64,000 nt of DNA. Origin: Bacilli bacterium. Its GTDB lineage: Bacteria; Bacillota_I; Bacilli_A; RF39; UBA660. The position numbers and the translations under genes were made by a program. The notes under the pieces were generated by a model, which saw only the letters and a list, made by a program, of their open reading frames with translations, was not told the origin of the DNA and searched no databases. This document shows positions 8,096-18,926 of this stretch, in pieces (within the stretch, counting starts at the first letter, position 1; each line of letters opens with the position of its first letter). The stretch lies in NCBI GenBank assembly GCA_017459425.1, contig JAFUCZ010000034.1, positions 3,117 to 67,116 of the forward strand. Direction: 5' to 3'.

Positions 8096-9013
8096 ATGAA
8101 AAAGTGTTACCTAATATATAATCCGAATAGTGGTAGAGAAAAAAGTAAAGAAATAGTAAATGATGTTAAAAAAATGTTAGAAGAGAATAGCTATAGTGTA
8201 ATAATAAAATATACTGAATACAAAGGGCACGCTAGGGAGATAATTAAGTTAATTGATGATTGTGATTTAGTAATAGCCGCTGGTGGAGATGGTACTTTTA
8301 ATGAGGTTATTTCAGGAAACATTGAAAGAAGTAACAAATTACTTATTTCTCATCTTCCAATTGGAACAACTAATGATGTTGGAACAATGTATGGTTATGG
8401 TAAAAATTATTTAACAAATTTAAAATTATTACTTGATGGTGTTGTAAAAAATGTAGATGTATGTCTAATTAATAATCGTCCATTTATTTATGTTGCGGGG
8501 TATGGTAATTTTATGGATATACCTTATTCAACACCTAGAAATTTAAAAAGAAAATATGGAAGAATTGGTTATTTTATACACGCTATAAAAACAATGCCTG
8601 GAAAATTAAAGTTTTCTAATATCAAATATAAAATTGATGGTAAGGAATACGATGGAAGATATTCGTTTATATTTATAACAAATAGTACTCGTGTTGCAGG
8701 GGTTGACGGAATATATCAAGATGTAAAATTAGATGATAATAAATTTGAAGTATTGTTGTGCAACATAAAATCAAAAGCAGAAATCATAAAAGACTTAATA
8801 CTTATTAAGAATAAAGACATTATAAATTTAAATGGATTTGAATATTTTAGAACTGATAATTTTGAGATAGAATTCGAAGATGCATTAGGATCTTCTTGGT
8901 GTTTAGATGGTGAAGAATATTCTACGATAAATAATAGTTTTAAATTTAGCGTTAATAAAGATTGTAAAATATTATTGCCAAAGAAAAATATTGAAAAATT
9001 ATTTGTAGATTAA
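8096..9013 (+). CDS. diacylglycerol/lipid kinase family protein (DagK/YegS type)
   Basis: GGDGT motif (AAGGDGTFNEV), a typical N-terminus (YLIYNPNSGRE), and about 300 aa. Confidence 0.8.
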   Translation: MKKCYLIYNPNSGREKSKEIVNDVKKMLEENSYSVIIKYTEYKGHAREIIKLIDDCDLVIAAGGDGTFNEVISGNIERSNKLLISHLPIGTTNDVGTMYGYGKNYLTNLKLLLDGVVKNVDVCLINNRPFIYVAGYGNFMDIPYSTPRNLKRKYGRIGYFIHAIKTMPGKLKFSNIKYKIDGKEYDGRYSFIFITNSTRVAGVDGIYQDVKLDDNKFEVLLCNIKSKAEIIKDLILIKNKDIINLNGFEYFRTDNFEIEFEDALGSSWCLDGEEYSTINNSFKFSVNKDCKILLPKKNIEKLFVD

Positions 9014-9028
9014 AAGCAGGTGGGGGTT

Positions 9029-10171
9029 ATGAACGAAAAGAAGTTAATTGAAGAATATATTTCATCTTCAAAAAATAAAAATAGTTTATCATTTTTGTCA
9101 GGGTTATTTAATTATTTAGAAAAGAATTCGGTTATTATTGAATTTAATACATATGATTTGTTACTAAAAGAGTTTAATCAGATTAAAGATGTATGTAAAT
9201 CAATAATTGGAAATATTAATAAAATAAATGAGTCTATGCTTCGTTCGTACAGCAGAAATAATCATGTTTTTAAACTATTATATTTGTTTTGCGAAATAAA
9301 TAATATAGAAATTATCGAAGAAAACGTTAAAATTGATTCAACTTGTTCAAATAACTATATCAGCAATGTTAAAAATCTTGATTTAAGAGTATTAACTAAA
9401 GAAGAAGTAAAAGATTTATTTATTAAATATAAAAATGGTGATATAAAAGCTAGAAATAAAATAATAGAATCAAATTTAAGATTAGTTATGAAAATAGCAA
9501 AAAAATATTCTAAAGGCGAATTAAATCTTGATTATATGGATGTAATTAGTGCGGGTAATGAAGGATTAATTAGGGCAATTGAAAGTTTTGATCCAAATTT
9601 AGGTTACACATTTTCAACATATGCGACATGGTGGATTGATCAAAGTATAACTAGATTTATAACTAACGAATCAAGAACTATACGATTACCAGTCCATTTA
9701 TATGAAGATATATTAAAAATTAAAAAATCAAAGGTTTATTTATTTAGTTTATATAATAGAGAACCAACTATTGAAGAAATTTCTGAAAATACCGGGCTAT
9801 CAATTAAAAGAATTACTAATGCAGAACAGAATAATTATTCAATAAAAAGTCTAGATGAGCCTTTAAACAATGAAGAAGAATATAATTATGCATACATTTT
9901 AGAAGATAAAAATGCCATTAATGCTGAAGAATTTATTGTACAAGAAGATAATAAAAAATACTTGTTAGGATTAATAGAAAATTTAAACGAACGTGATCAA
10001 ATGATTTTTAAACTAAGATTTGGATTTGTTGACGGTACATGTTGGACATTACAAAGCATTGGAGATAAATTTGGATTAACTAGAGAAGGAGTTCGTTTAA
10101 GAGAAAAAACAGGCTTACAAAAATTAAAAAAATTAATTGAAATTGATAGAAAAAAACAAACAAGAAAATAA
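9029..10171 (+). CDS. sigma-70 family RNA polymerase sigma factor with a ~130-aa non-canonical N-terminal extension
   Basis: Region 2 FSTYATWWIDQSITR, IRLPVH, and a region 4 HTH (LQSIGDKFGLTREGVRLRE). GGTGGGGG RBS before ATG 9029. I see no region 1.2 signature. Confidence 0.8.
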   Translation: MNEKKLIEEYISSSKNKNSLSFLSGLFNYLEKNSVIIEFNTYDLLLKEFNQIKDVCKSIIGNINKINESMLRSYSRNNHVFKLLYLFCEINNIEIIEENVKIDSTCSNNYISNVKNLDLRVLTKEEVKDLFIKYKNGDIKARNKIIESNLRLVMKIAKKYSKGELNLDYMDVISAGNEGLIRAIESFDPNLGYTFSTYATWWIDQSITRFITNESRTIRLPVHLYEDILKIKKSKVYLFSLYNREPTIEEISENTGLSIKRITNAEQNNYSIKSLDEPLNNEEEYNYAYILEDKNAINAEEFIVQEDNKKYLLGLIENLNERDQMIFKLRFGFVDGTCWTLQSIGDKFGLTREGVRLREKTGLQKLKKLIEIDRKKQTRK

Positions 10172-10198
10172 GCAATATAGACTTATTTTCTTTTTTTT
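10162..10198 (+). terminator. intrinsic terminator
   Basis: AAGAAAATAAG / CTTATTTTCTT stem followed by a T-run, overlapping the stop codon. Confidence 0.7.
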
Positions 10199-10222
10199 GT
10201 TAAAATTAAATAAGGTGAGATT

Positions 10223-12757
10223 ATGAAGTTAGAAGAATGTGATATAAATAAAGTTACGCCTATGATGAGGCAATATATGGAAATAAAATTAAAAAACAAA
10301 AATATAATTTTATTTTATAGATTAGGCGATTTTTATGAAATGTTTTTTGAGGATGCTATAATTGCAAGTCGTGAACTAGAACTTACATTAACTGGAAAGA
10401 ATGCTGGGTTAGATGAAAAAATACCTATGTGTGGCGTACCACATCATGCTTCTTTTGTTTATATTGAAAAATTAGTTGAAAAAGGATATAAAGTAGGAAT
10501 TTGTGAACAACTAGAAGATCCAAAGGCATCAAAAGGAATTGTCAAAAGAGATATTACTCAAATAATAAGTAAAGGGACTATTATAAATAATGACTCACTT
10601 TTAGAATATGAAAATAATTATATTGGTAGTGTTCTTGATTTTAAAGATGATTACATACTTAGTTATGCAGATATATCAACAGGTGAAATATATACATTAA
10701 AAATAGGACATAATCAATCAAAATTAGTAAGTGAAATAGTAAGTATTGGAATAAAGGAAATAATTACATCTAGTAAATTAGATAAAAGTATAATTAGCTT
10801 ACTTAAAAATCAATTTCAAATTATTACTTCAATAATCGATGATATAAAAGAATTTGATGAGTATAAAAATATATATGAACATATAACAGACACAAGAAAT
10901 AGAGAAAGTATTAAACATTTACTTACATATATAAATGAAACTCAAAAAAGAAATTTAGATCATTTACAAAAAGCAATAATTATAGAAAACAATAAATATT
11001 TGAAAATGGATATACATACTAAGCGAAATCTAGAACTAACAGAAACTTTACGTTTAAAACAAAGAAATTATTCTCTAATATGGTTACTTGATAAAACTAA
11101 AACTGCAATGGGATCTAGAATGCTTAAAAGATTTATCGAATCTCCTTTGATTGAAATTGATGAAATTAATAAAAGATATGACATGATTGAAGTGTTATTA
11201 AAAGAATTTATATTAAAAAATGATTTACAAGAATTACTAGATTCAGTTTATGATTTAGAAAGACTAAGTGGTAGAATAGCATTTGGAAACGCTAATGCAA
11301 GAGATTTATTGCAATTAAAAGCGTCATTAAAAGTTTTACCTGAAATTTCAAATATATTAAAAAAACTTAAATTTTGTGATAATTTAGATACGCTTTCATC
11401 TTTATATGAATTGTTAGAAAAAAGTATTTATGAAAATCCTCCGGTTTCAGTAAAAGAAGGATATTTAATAAAAGAAAATTACAATGAAGAATTGGATGAA
11501 TTAAAAAGTTTAAGAAAAGGTGGCAAAGAATTTATAGCCAAATTCGAAAATGAAGAAAAAGAAAAAACCGGAATAAAAAATTTAAAAGTAGGTTACAATA
11601 GAGTATTTGGATATTATATAGAAGTCTCAAAAGGAAATACTAATTTAATAAAACCAGAGTACGGATATGAAAGAAGACAAACTTTAGCTAATTGTGAAAG
11701 ATATATTAGTCCTGTCTTAAAAGAAAAAGAAGCGCTAATATTAAATGCAGAAGAAAAAATAATTAATCTAGAATACAGTTTATTTTGTGAAATTAAAAAT
11801 ATAATTAAGACTTATATTCCTTCCCTTCAAAAAATAGCTAAAATAATTAGTGAAGTAGATGTTATTCAATCTTTTGCTACAGTTACAGAAGAAAATAATT
11901 ATGTTCGTCCTATAATAAACAATAAAAATGTAGTTAAAATTACAGATAATAGACACCCGGTTGTAGAAAAAGTTATGAATAGTGAATATGTTCCAAATGA
12001 TATAATAATGGATGAAAATACAAATATACTACTAATAACTGGCCCAAATATGGCGGGTAAATCAACTTATATGAGACAAATGGCAATTACTGTAATTATG
12101 GCTCAAATTGGATGTTTTGTCCCAGCTAGTAGTGCTACTATGCCAATATTTGATGCAATATATACTCGTATTGGTGCAAGTGATGATTTGGTTAGTGGTG
12201 AATCTACATTTATGGTTGAGATGAAGGAAGCAAATTATGCTATAAGTAATGCTAGTAAAAATAGTTTAATATTATTTGATGAACTAGGTAGAGGCACTGC
12301 TACATTTGATGGTATGGCTTTAGCTCAAGCAATAATCGAATATATACATGATTCTGTTTTAGCTAAAACAATGTTTTCAACTCACTATCATGAACTTACT
12401 GATTTGGACCAACATTTAAAGCATTTGCATAATGTACATGTAAGTGCACACGAAGAAAATGGAGAAGTTACATTTTTACATAAAATTAAAGATGGAAGTG
12501 TTGATAAAAGTTATGGTATTCATGTAGCAAAATTATCAAAACTACCTGATAATTTAATAAAAAGAGCGAGTGATATTTTAAAAATATATGAAGGAAATGA
12601 AAAAAAACGCGATATAAAGGTACAACAATCACTTGATTTTGATTTAGTTGAAAAAAAATCAAAGGTAGAAGAAGAGTTAAAAAAGATTAATCCTCTTGAA
12701 CTTACACCACTTGATGCATTAAATATACTTTATAAACTAAAAGATGAAATAGAATAA
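10223..12757 (+). CDS. mutS: DNA mismatch repair protein MutS
   Basis: N-terminal TPMMRQY...FYRLGDFYE, Walker A GPNMAGKST, STFMVEM. 844 aa. Confidence 0.95.
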   Translation: MKLEECDINKVTPMMRQYMEIKLKNKNIILFYRLGDFYEMFFEDAIIASRELELTLTGKNAGLDEKIPMCGVPHHASFVYIEKLVEKGYKVGICEQLEDPKASKGIVKRDITQIISKGTIINNDSLLEYENNYIGSVLDFKDDYILSYADISTGEIYTLKIGHNQSKLVSEIVSIGIKEIITSSKLDKSIISLLKNQFQIITSIIDDIKEFDEYKNIYEHITDTRNRESIKHLLTYINETQKRNLDHLQKAIIIENNKYLKMDIHTKRNLELTETLRLKQRNYSLIWLLDKTKTAMGSRMLKRFIESPLIEIDEINKRYDMIEVLLKEFILKNDLQELLDSVYDLERLSGRIAFGNANARDLLQLKASLKVLPEISNILKKLKFCDNLDTLSSLYELLEKSIYENPPVSVKEGYLIKENYNEELDELKSLRKGGKEFIAKFENEEKEKTGIKNLKVGYNRVFGYYIEVSKGNTNLIKPEYGYERRQTLANCERYISPVLKEKEALILNAEEKIINLEYSLFCEIKNIIKTYIPSLQKIAKIISEVDVIQSFATVTEENNYVRPIINNKNVVKITDNRHPVVEKVMNSEYVPNDIIMDENTNILLITGPNMAGKSTYMRQMAITVIMAQIGCFVPASSATMPIFDAIYTRIGASDDLVSGESTFMVEMKEANYAISNASKNSLILFDELGRGTATFDGMALAQAIIEYIHDSVLAKTMFSTHYHELTDLDQHLKHLHNVHVSAHEENGEVTFLHKIKDGSVDKSYGIHVAKLSKLPDNLIKRASDILKIYEGNEKKRDIKVQQSLDFDLVEKKSKVEEELKKINPLELTPLDALNILYKLKDEIE

Positions 12758-12770
12758 AAAGGAGAAAATT

Positions 12771-13154
12771 ATGAAATTATTAAAAAGAGAAAATTGGTGG
12801 GCATGGCTTTTATTGTTTTTCGGATCACAAGGTACAAGTGTTTTTATGCTAGGTGCTTTACTTGATGTGTATGATAAGAAATATTGGTATTCTAAATGGT
12901 ATTATTGGGTAATTGGAACTATATTTTTCTTCCCATTAATCATAATGCTTATAGTGTTTTATATCCAAGTATTATCAAAAATTGCTGATAAATTAGATGT
13001 TGGTGGTAGTAAAATATATTTATCACCTTACACATATTTATTATGTTTAATAATTCCAATTATAGGCTGGATTATTTTGATTACTTTAATTTTATATTTA
13101 GAAGTATTAATTCTTATATCACTTAAACAAGGTAAAGCAGAAAAATATATATAA
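12771..13154 (+). CDS. small Trp/Tyr-rich membrane protein
   Basis: AAAGGAG RBS. Three or four hydrophobic spans. Confidence 0.55.
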   Translation: MKLLKRENWWAWLLLFFGSQGTSVFMLGALLDVYDKKYWYSKWYYWVIGTIFFFPLIIMLIVFYIQVLSKIADKLDVGGSKIYLSPYTYLLCLIIPIIGWIILITLILYLEVLILISLKQGKAEKYI

Positions 13155-13183
13155 AAAAAATAGGATTATTTCCTATTTTTTTG
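13153..13183. terminator. bidirectional terminator
   Basis: A-run, ATAGGA-TTATT-TCCTAT, T-run, between convergent genes. Confidence 0.65.
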
Positions 13184-13889
13184 CTTGTGATTTTAATGTA
13201 AGTATTTTACCATTTTCTAATTTTCTATTATCTAAATATGTGTTAATTTTAGTCCATGGATTATAATTACATTCACTTGTTTTAATTGTTTCATCAATCA
13301 TATTAATAGTATACATTTTTTTAATATTTTCAAATGATTTACTATCATTTCCATTATCAATGATATAATTAATATTTTTATGATGATTGTAGTAACATAA
13401 TTCTAAGCTTTCTCTAAATAGCCATTTTAAATCGTTATCTGTAAACGTTCTAAAGTTTTTTTCATTAAGTAAGTATCTTAGTAAATTACTATAGATATTA
13501 TTAAAGATTTTATACTCAATTCTGTAAGGGTCTAAATGAATTTTTGACTCATTTTCACTTATTTGTAATTTTGATATTTTAAATGCCATAAAATCATTTC
13601 TAACTGGTTTTATAAAATCAGTATCAATTGTACCATAGTTTATTTCGTAAAATGCAGGTACAAAGTAGTTTAATAATCCGTTGTTTACATTTAAAGGTAC
13701 CATTGTTTCAACATTGAAATCTGGTTTTATAATGTATTTAAAATCTTGATTGTTTTTATCAAGTAATAAATTTTCATATTGTCTATTGTTTAAGTTTTTT
13801 ATAAAAATATTTAAATCTTTAATTTTACTTACATGTGTTAGTTTATTTAATTCAATATCAAAGCTATTTATTATACTTTTTTTATTCAT
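13173..13889 (-). CDS. hypothetical protein (238 aa)
   Basis: Long ORF with AAAGGAG RBS. No recognisable motif. A lone minus-strand gene inside a plus-strand block. Confidence 0.6.
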   Translation of the reverse strand: MNKKSIINSFDIELNKLTHVSKIKDLNIFIKNLNNRQYENLLLDKNNQDFKYIIKPDFNVETMVPLNVNNGLLNYFVPAFYEINYGTIDTDFIKPVRNDFMAFKISKLQISENESKIHLDPYRIEYKIFNNIYSNLLRYLLNEKNFRTFTDNDLKWLFRESLELCYYNHHKNINYIIDNGNDSKSFENIKKMYTINMIDETIKTSECNYNPWTKINTYLDNRKLENGKILTLKSQAKK

Positions 13890-13961
13890 AGTACATCTCC
13901 TTTTTAAAGTTACACTAGTTTATCACAATTAAAAATTAATGTCAAACTTAAACTAAAGTAT

Positions 13962-13989
13962 TTGCAATAAATTATAATTATGTTATAAT
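13962..13989 (+). promoter_or_regulatory. pyrG promoter
   Basis: TTGCAA, 16 nt spacer, extended -10 TGTTATAAT. Confidence 0.6.
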
Positions 13990-13999
13990 TTAAGAGAGC

Positions 14000-14030
14000 C
14001 TCATGAGTAACTCTCGTGAGTTTTTGTTTT
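14000..14030 (+). terminator. pyrG leader terminator (attenuator candidate)
   Basis: CTCATGAG-TAACT-CTCGTGAG followed by TTTTTGTTTT, lying between the promoter and the RBS. The upstream GAGAG can alternatively pair with CTCTC in the 3' arm. Confidence 0.6.
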
Positions 14031-14035
14031 ATTAG

Positions 14036-15657
<1,622 letters not shown>

Positions 15658-15694
15658 TGTGAAATAATAGTATAATATACTTGAGGATGATTGT

Positions 15695-17107
15695 ATGAAT
15701 ATATTAAAAAAATACATTTTATTTATAGCTGGCATATTTTTATTTTTAATATCATTTTTAAGTAAAAATCTAAGCTTTTTAAAATTTATATCTTTTATTT
15801 TTTTAATTATTAATTTATATAAAGATAAAAAAATTAATTTGGATAAAATAATTATAACTGTAATTAGTATTATTTCATTTATAATTAACAAAAATGATTC
15901 GATTATTTTTTTAATACTTTATATAATTAGTATTATTTTAATAGAAAAATTAGATTTAAAAAATGACATTAGTATAAATCAGAAAAAAATATTTAATAAA
16001 TCTAAAATTTATACTATATGTGTAAGTATTTTATCTATATTTATATTTATATTGTATTTAGTTTTATCCAATAAAATTTATACTTCTATAAGCAAATTTG
16101 TGTTGTTTCTAATAATATCAAATTTAAATTTATTTAGAATTTCTATTAAGTATTTATATAATAAAGTAAATAGATATTGTACTTTTAATAAAGTTAAAAT
16201 TAAATCTAATAGTGTATTAGAAAACTTATATAAATGTAAAAATGTATGTATAGAAAAATCAAATATAATTACAACTGGTAATTATGAAATTACAAAAATA
16301 ATTCCTTATTATAAAAAAGAAGAAGAAATCTTATTTTTTGTAGCGCACGCAGAATATAAATCTGATCATGGTATTGCAAAATGTATAAAAGACAAATATA
16401 AAGGCAAAATTGATGAAAATATAATTACAAAATTTAATGAATATAAAAATCTTGGAATAATTGCGAAAATAAATGACGATGAAGTAATTGTAGGTAATGA
16501 AAAATTATTCTCAAAAAAGAATATTCAATATCCTAAAGTAGAATTTTTAGATACAGCTATATTAGTTGCTTTAAATAATAATTATATCGGAACAATTGTA
16601 TTAAAAGATGAAATAAAATTTGAATCATTTAATATTAACAATTTATTTAATGAGGTAAACATAGATAATATTATAATAATATCAAGTGATGAAAAAAAAG
16701 TAGTTAAAAAAATGGCTCAAAATTTAAATATTAATAAATTTTACTATAATTTATCTCAAAATGATAAGTTAAATATCATTTCTAAATTAGGATGTGACAC
16801 TTTATTTATATCAGATACTATTGAAAATAAAAAGAATATATCTTTTGTTTTAGCGTCAACAAATAAAAATAGTGATTTAGTTTTATCTAGTTATGATATA
16901 AGTAATATAACAAAAACAATTAAAGCATCTTTTGACTTAAATAAAAAAATCAAAAGATATACAATCATAACGATTATATCTAAAATAATATTTGGTATTC
17001 TTACAATTTTAAATCTAATAAATATATTTATAATGTTATTTATTGAAATGATATTAACGTTATTTATTTTATTTAATATAAAAATGTGTTTTAAGGAGGT
17101 AAAATAA
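15695..17107 (+). CDS. P1B-type ATPase homologue with degenerate catalytic motifs (probable pseudo-enzyme)
   Basis: The C-terminal 300 aa align by eye to CopA/CadA P and N domains. However DKTGT reads EKSNI, SEHPLA reads SDHGIA, TGDN reads SSDE and GDGxND reads SDTIEN. There is no CPC motif, no TGES actuator and no metal-binding domain. Confidence 0.6.
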   Translation: MNILKKYILFIAGIFLFLISFLSKNLSFLKFISFIFLIINLYKDKKINLDKIIITVISIISFIINKNDSIIFLILYIISIILIEKLDLKNDISINQKKIFNKSKIYTICVSILSIFIFILYLVLSNKIYTSISKFVLFLIISNLNLFRISIKYLYNKVNRYCTFNKVKIKSNSVLENLYKCKNVCIEKSNIITTGNYEITKIIPYYKKEEEILFFVAHAEYKSDHGIAKCIKDKYKGKIDENIITKFNEYKNLGIIAKINDDEVIVGNEKLFSKKNIQYPKVEFLDTAILVALNNNYIGTIVLKDEIKFESFNINNLFNEVNIDNIIIISSDEKKVVKKMAQNLNINKFYYNLSQNDKLNIISKLGCDTLFISDTIENKKNISFVLASTNKNSDLVLSSYDISNITKTIKASFDLNKKIKRYTIITIISKIIFGILTILNLINIFIMLFIEMILTLFILFNIKMCFKEVK

Positions 17108-18210
17108 TGATAATTATAGACAATGAATCAGGTAATTGGTATATAGAAACATCAGAAAATAAAACAACAAAAACAGATAATGAAATAAAAGAAATGTTTG
17201 ATAGTTTATCAAAACTAAAAATAAGTAAAGCATATTATGTAAATAACATGAATGATTTAGTAATGGTATTTAATAATCAAAAAATAGTATTAAAAAATTA
17301 CCCTAAAATTAAAAACAATTTAATTATGCTTGATTTAAATAAGCAAATAAAAAAGGGATTAATAAATACTGCTGTTAGTAAAATTTCAAAAAAGAAAACT
17401 AAATTAATTAAAAATGGGTTAATTGTAGCTGGATCAATTGCTGTATTTGCAACAGTAGCTAGTTTAATTAAAAATAGTGGTAAAGAAGAAAATAGTTCAA
17501 GTTCAGTAAGCAGTATAAGTGATAATACTAATGTAGTTTCACAAGAAAAAGAAGAAAAACACATTATTACTGATGAAGATTTAATACAAATGTATTTTAA
17601 AAAATATGGCTCAATTTTTGGAGTAAATGATACAACAAATTTATATAACCAAAATAAAAACTATTTATTAGCATCATCTAATAAAGAAAAAGAAGTCATT
17701 ATTATTCTAAGAGATTATTTTTTTGAAAATTTATATTTAAAACAACCTATCACACTAAATACTTATACTGATTATGAACAACAAAAAATCATTTTAAAAT
17801 ACGCAAATATATTTGGAGTAAATGATGTTGATACATTATGTACTATGTTAGCTGTTCATAGACTTGAAAGCGGTAACGGAGAAGAGTATATCTGCATAAA
17901 TCAAAATAATTTAGGTGGTATTTTCTTTAATAATCCTGACACAGGAGAGTTTGAAACAAAAGCATATCCTAATATTGATGTTGGTGCAATCGATTTTGTA
18001 GTTGAATTTTTAAATATTAAACAAGCTTGCCAAGAATTGCCTGAATATGATTCAAATAGACCATTAGAACTAAATATGAATTTAAAATATTGTACATTAG
18101 AAAATGATCCTTATACTCCTGATTGGAGATGGTCTGAACGTGTAGCTCCAATAAAAGAAGAAGTACTTGATAGTGGTATTTTAGACAACTATTTAACAAA
18201 AAAATACTAA
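17107..18210 (+). CDS. membrane-anchored glucosaminidase-like (LytD/FlgJ-type) protein
   Basis: ATGA start/stop overlap with the upstream gene. One TM span (LIVAGSIAVFATVASLI), a Ser-rich linker, then HRLESGNG...NNLGGIF, which resembles the N-acetylglucosaminidase signature. Confidence 0.55.
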   Translation: MIIIDNESGNWYIETSENKTTKTDNEIKEMFDSLSKLKISKAYYVNNMNDLVMVFNNQKIVLKNYPKIKNNLIMLDLNKQIKKGLINTAVSKISKKKTKLIKNGLIVAGSIAVFATVASLIKNSGKEENSSSSVSSISDNTNVVSQEKEEKHIITDEDLIQMYFKKYGSIFGVNDTTNLYNQNKNYLLASSNKEKEVIIILRDYFFENLYLKQPITLNTYTDYEQQKIILKYANIFGVNDVDTLCTMLAVHRLESGNGEEYICINQNNLGGIFFNNPDTGEFETKAYPNIDVGAIDFVVEFLNIKQACQELPEYDSNRPLELNMNLKYCTLENDPYTPDWRWSERVAPIKEEVLDSGILDNYLTKKY

Positions 18211-18260
18211 TTTTCACATTATTTACACAAATATATAGTACTGTAATAAAGAGGTGAGTT

Positions 18261-18926
18261 ATGAAATTATTAGTAGTTGACGATGAAGAATTAATTAGAA
18301 ATGTTATTAAAGAGTATTCTAGTATTGAAGGATATGAAGTATTTGAGGCAAGTGATGGAATTGAAGCAATAGAAATTGTAAAAAATAATGACATAGATTT
18401 AATAATACTTGACATTATGATGCCAAAGCTTGATGGTTTTAGAACTTGTGAAGAAATTAAAAAAATTAAAAATATTCCTATACTTATGTTATCTGCTAGA
18501 AGTGATGAATACGATAAATTAATTGGATTTAATTTAGGTGTTGATGATTATATGACTAAGCCTTTTAGTCCAAAAGAATTATTTGCGCGTATTAAAGCAA
18601 TTTTAAGACGTATTAATAAAGTAACTGATGAATTTGTTTATGAAGATTTAAAAGTAGATTATACAGGTAGAGTTGTATTTATTGAAAATAAAGTTATAAA
18701 ATTAACACCAAAAGAATATGAACTATTATGTTTCTTTATAAAAAATACTGGTGTTGCTTTATCAAGAGAAACATTGTTAAATAAAATATGGGGTTATGAT
18801 TTTTTTGGTGATGATAGAACAGTTGACACACATATAAAAATGCTTAGAAATTCACTTGGAAAATATAGAGATTTAATTGTAACTGTAAGAGGAATGGGAT
18901 ATAAATTTGATGTACAAAAATACTAA
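18261..18926 (+). CDS. OmpR-family response regulator
   Basis: Receiver (VVDDEE, LIILDIMMPKLDG, K in MTKPF) and a winged-helix C-terminus (VRGMGYKF). Confidence 0.92.
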   Translation: MKLLVVDDEELIRNVIKEYSSIEGYEVFEASDGIEAIEIVKNNDIDLIILDIMMPKLDGFRTCEEIKKIKNIPILMLSARSDEYDKLIGFNLGVDDYMTKPFSPKELFARIKAILRRINKVTDEFVYEDLKVDYTGRVVFIENKVIKLTPKEYELLCFFIKNTGVALSRETLLNKIWGYDFFGDDRTVDTHIKMLRNSLGKYRDLIVTVRGMGYKFDVQKY

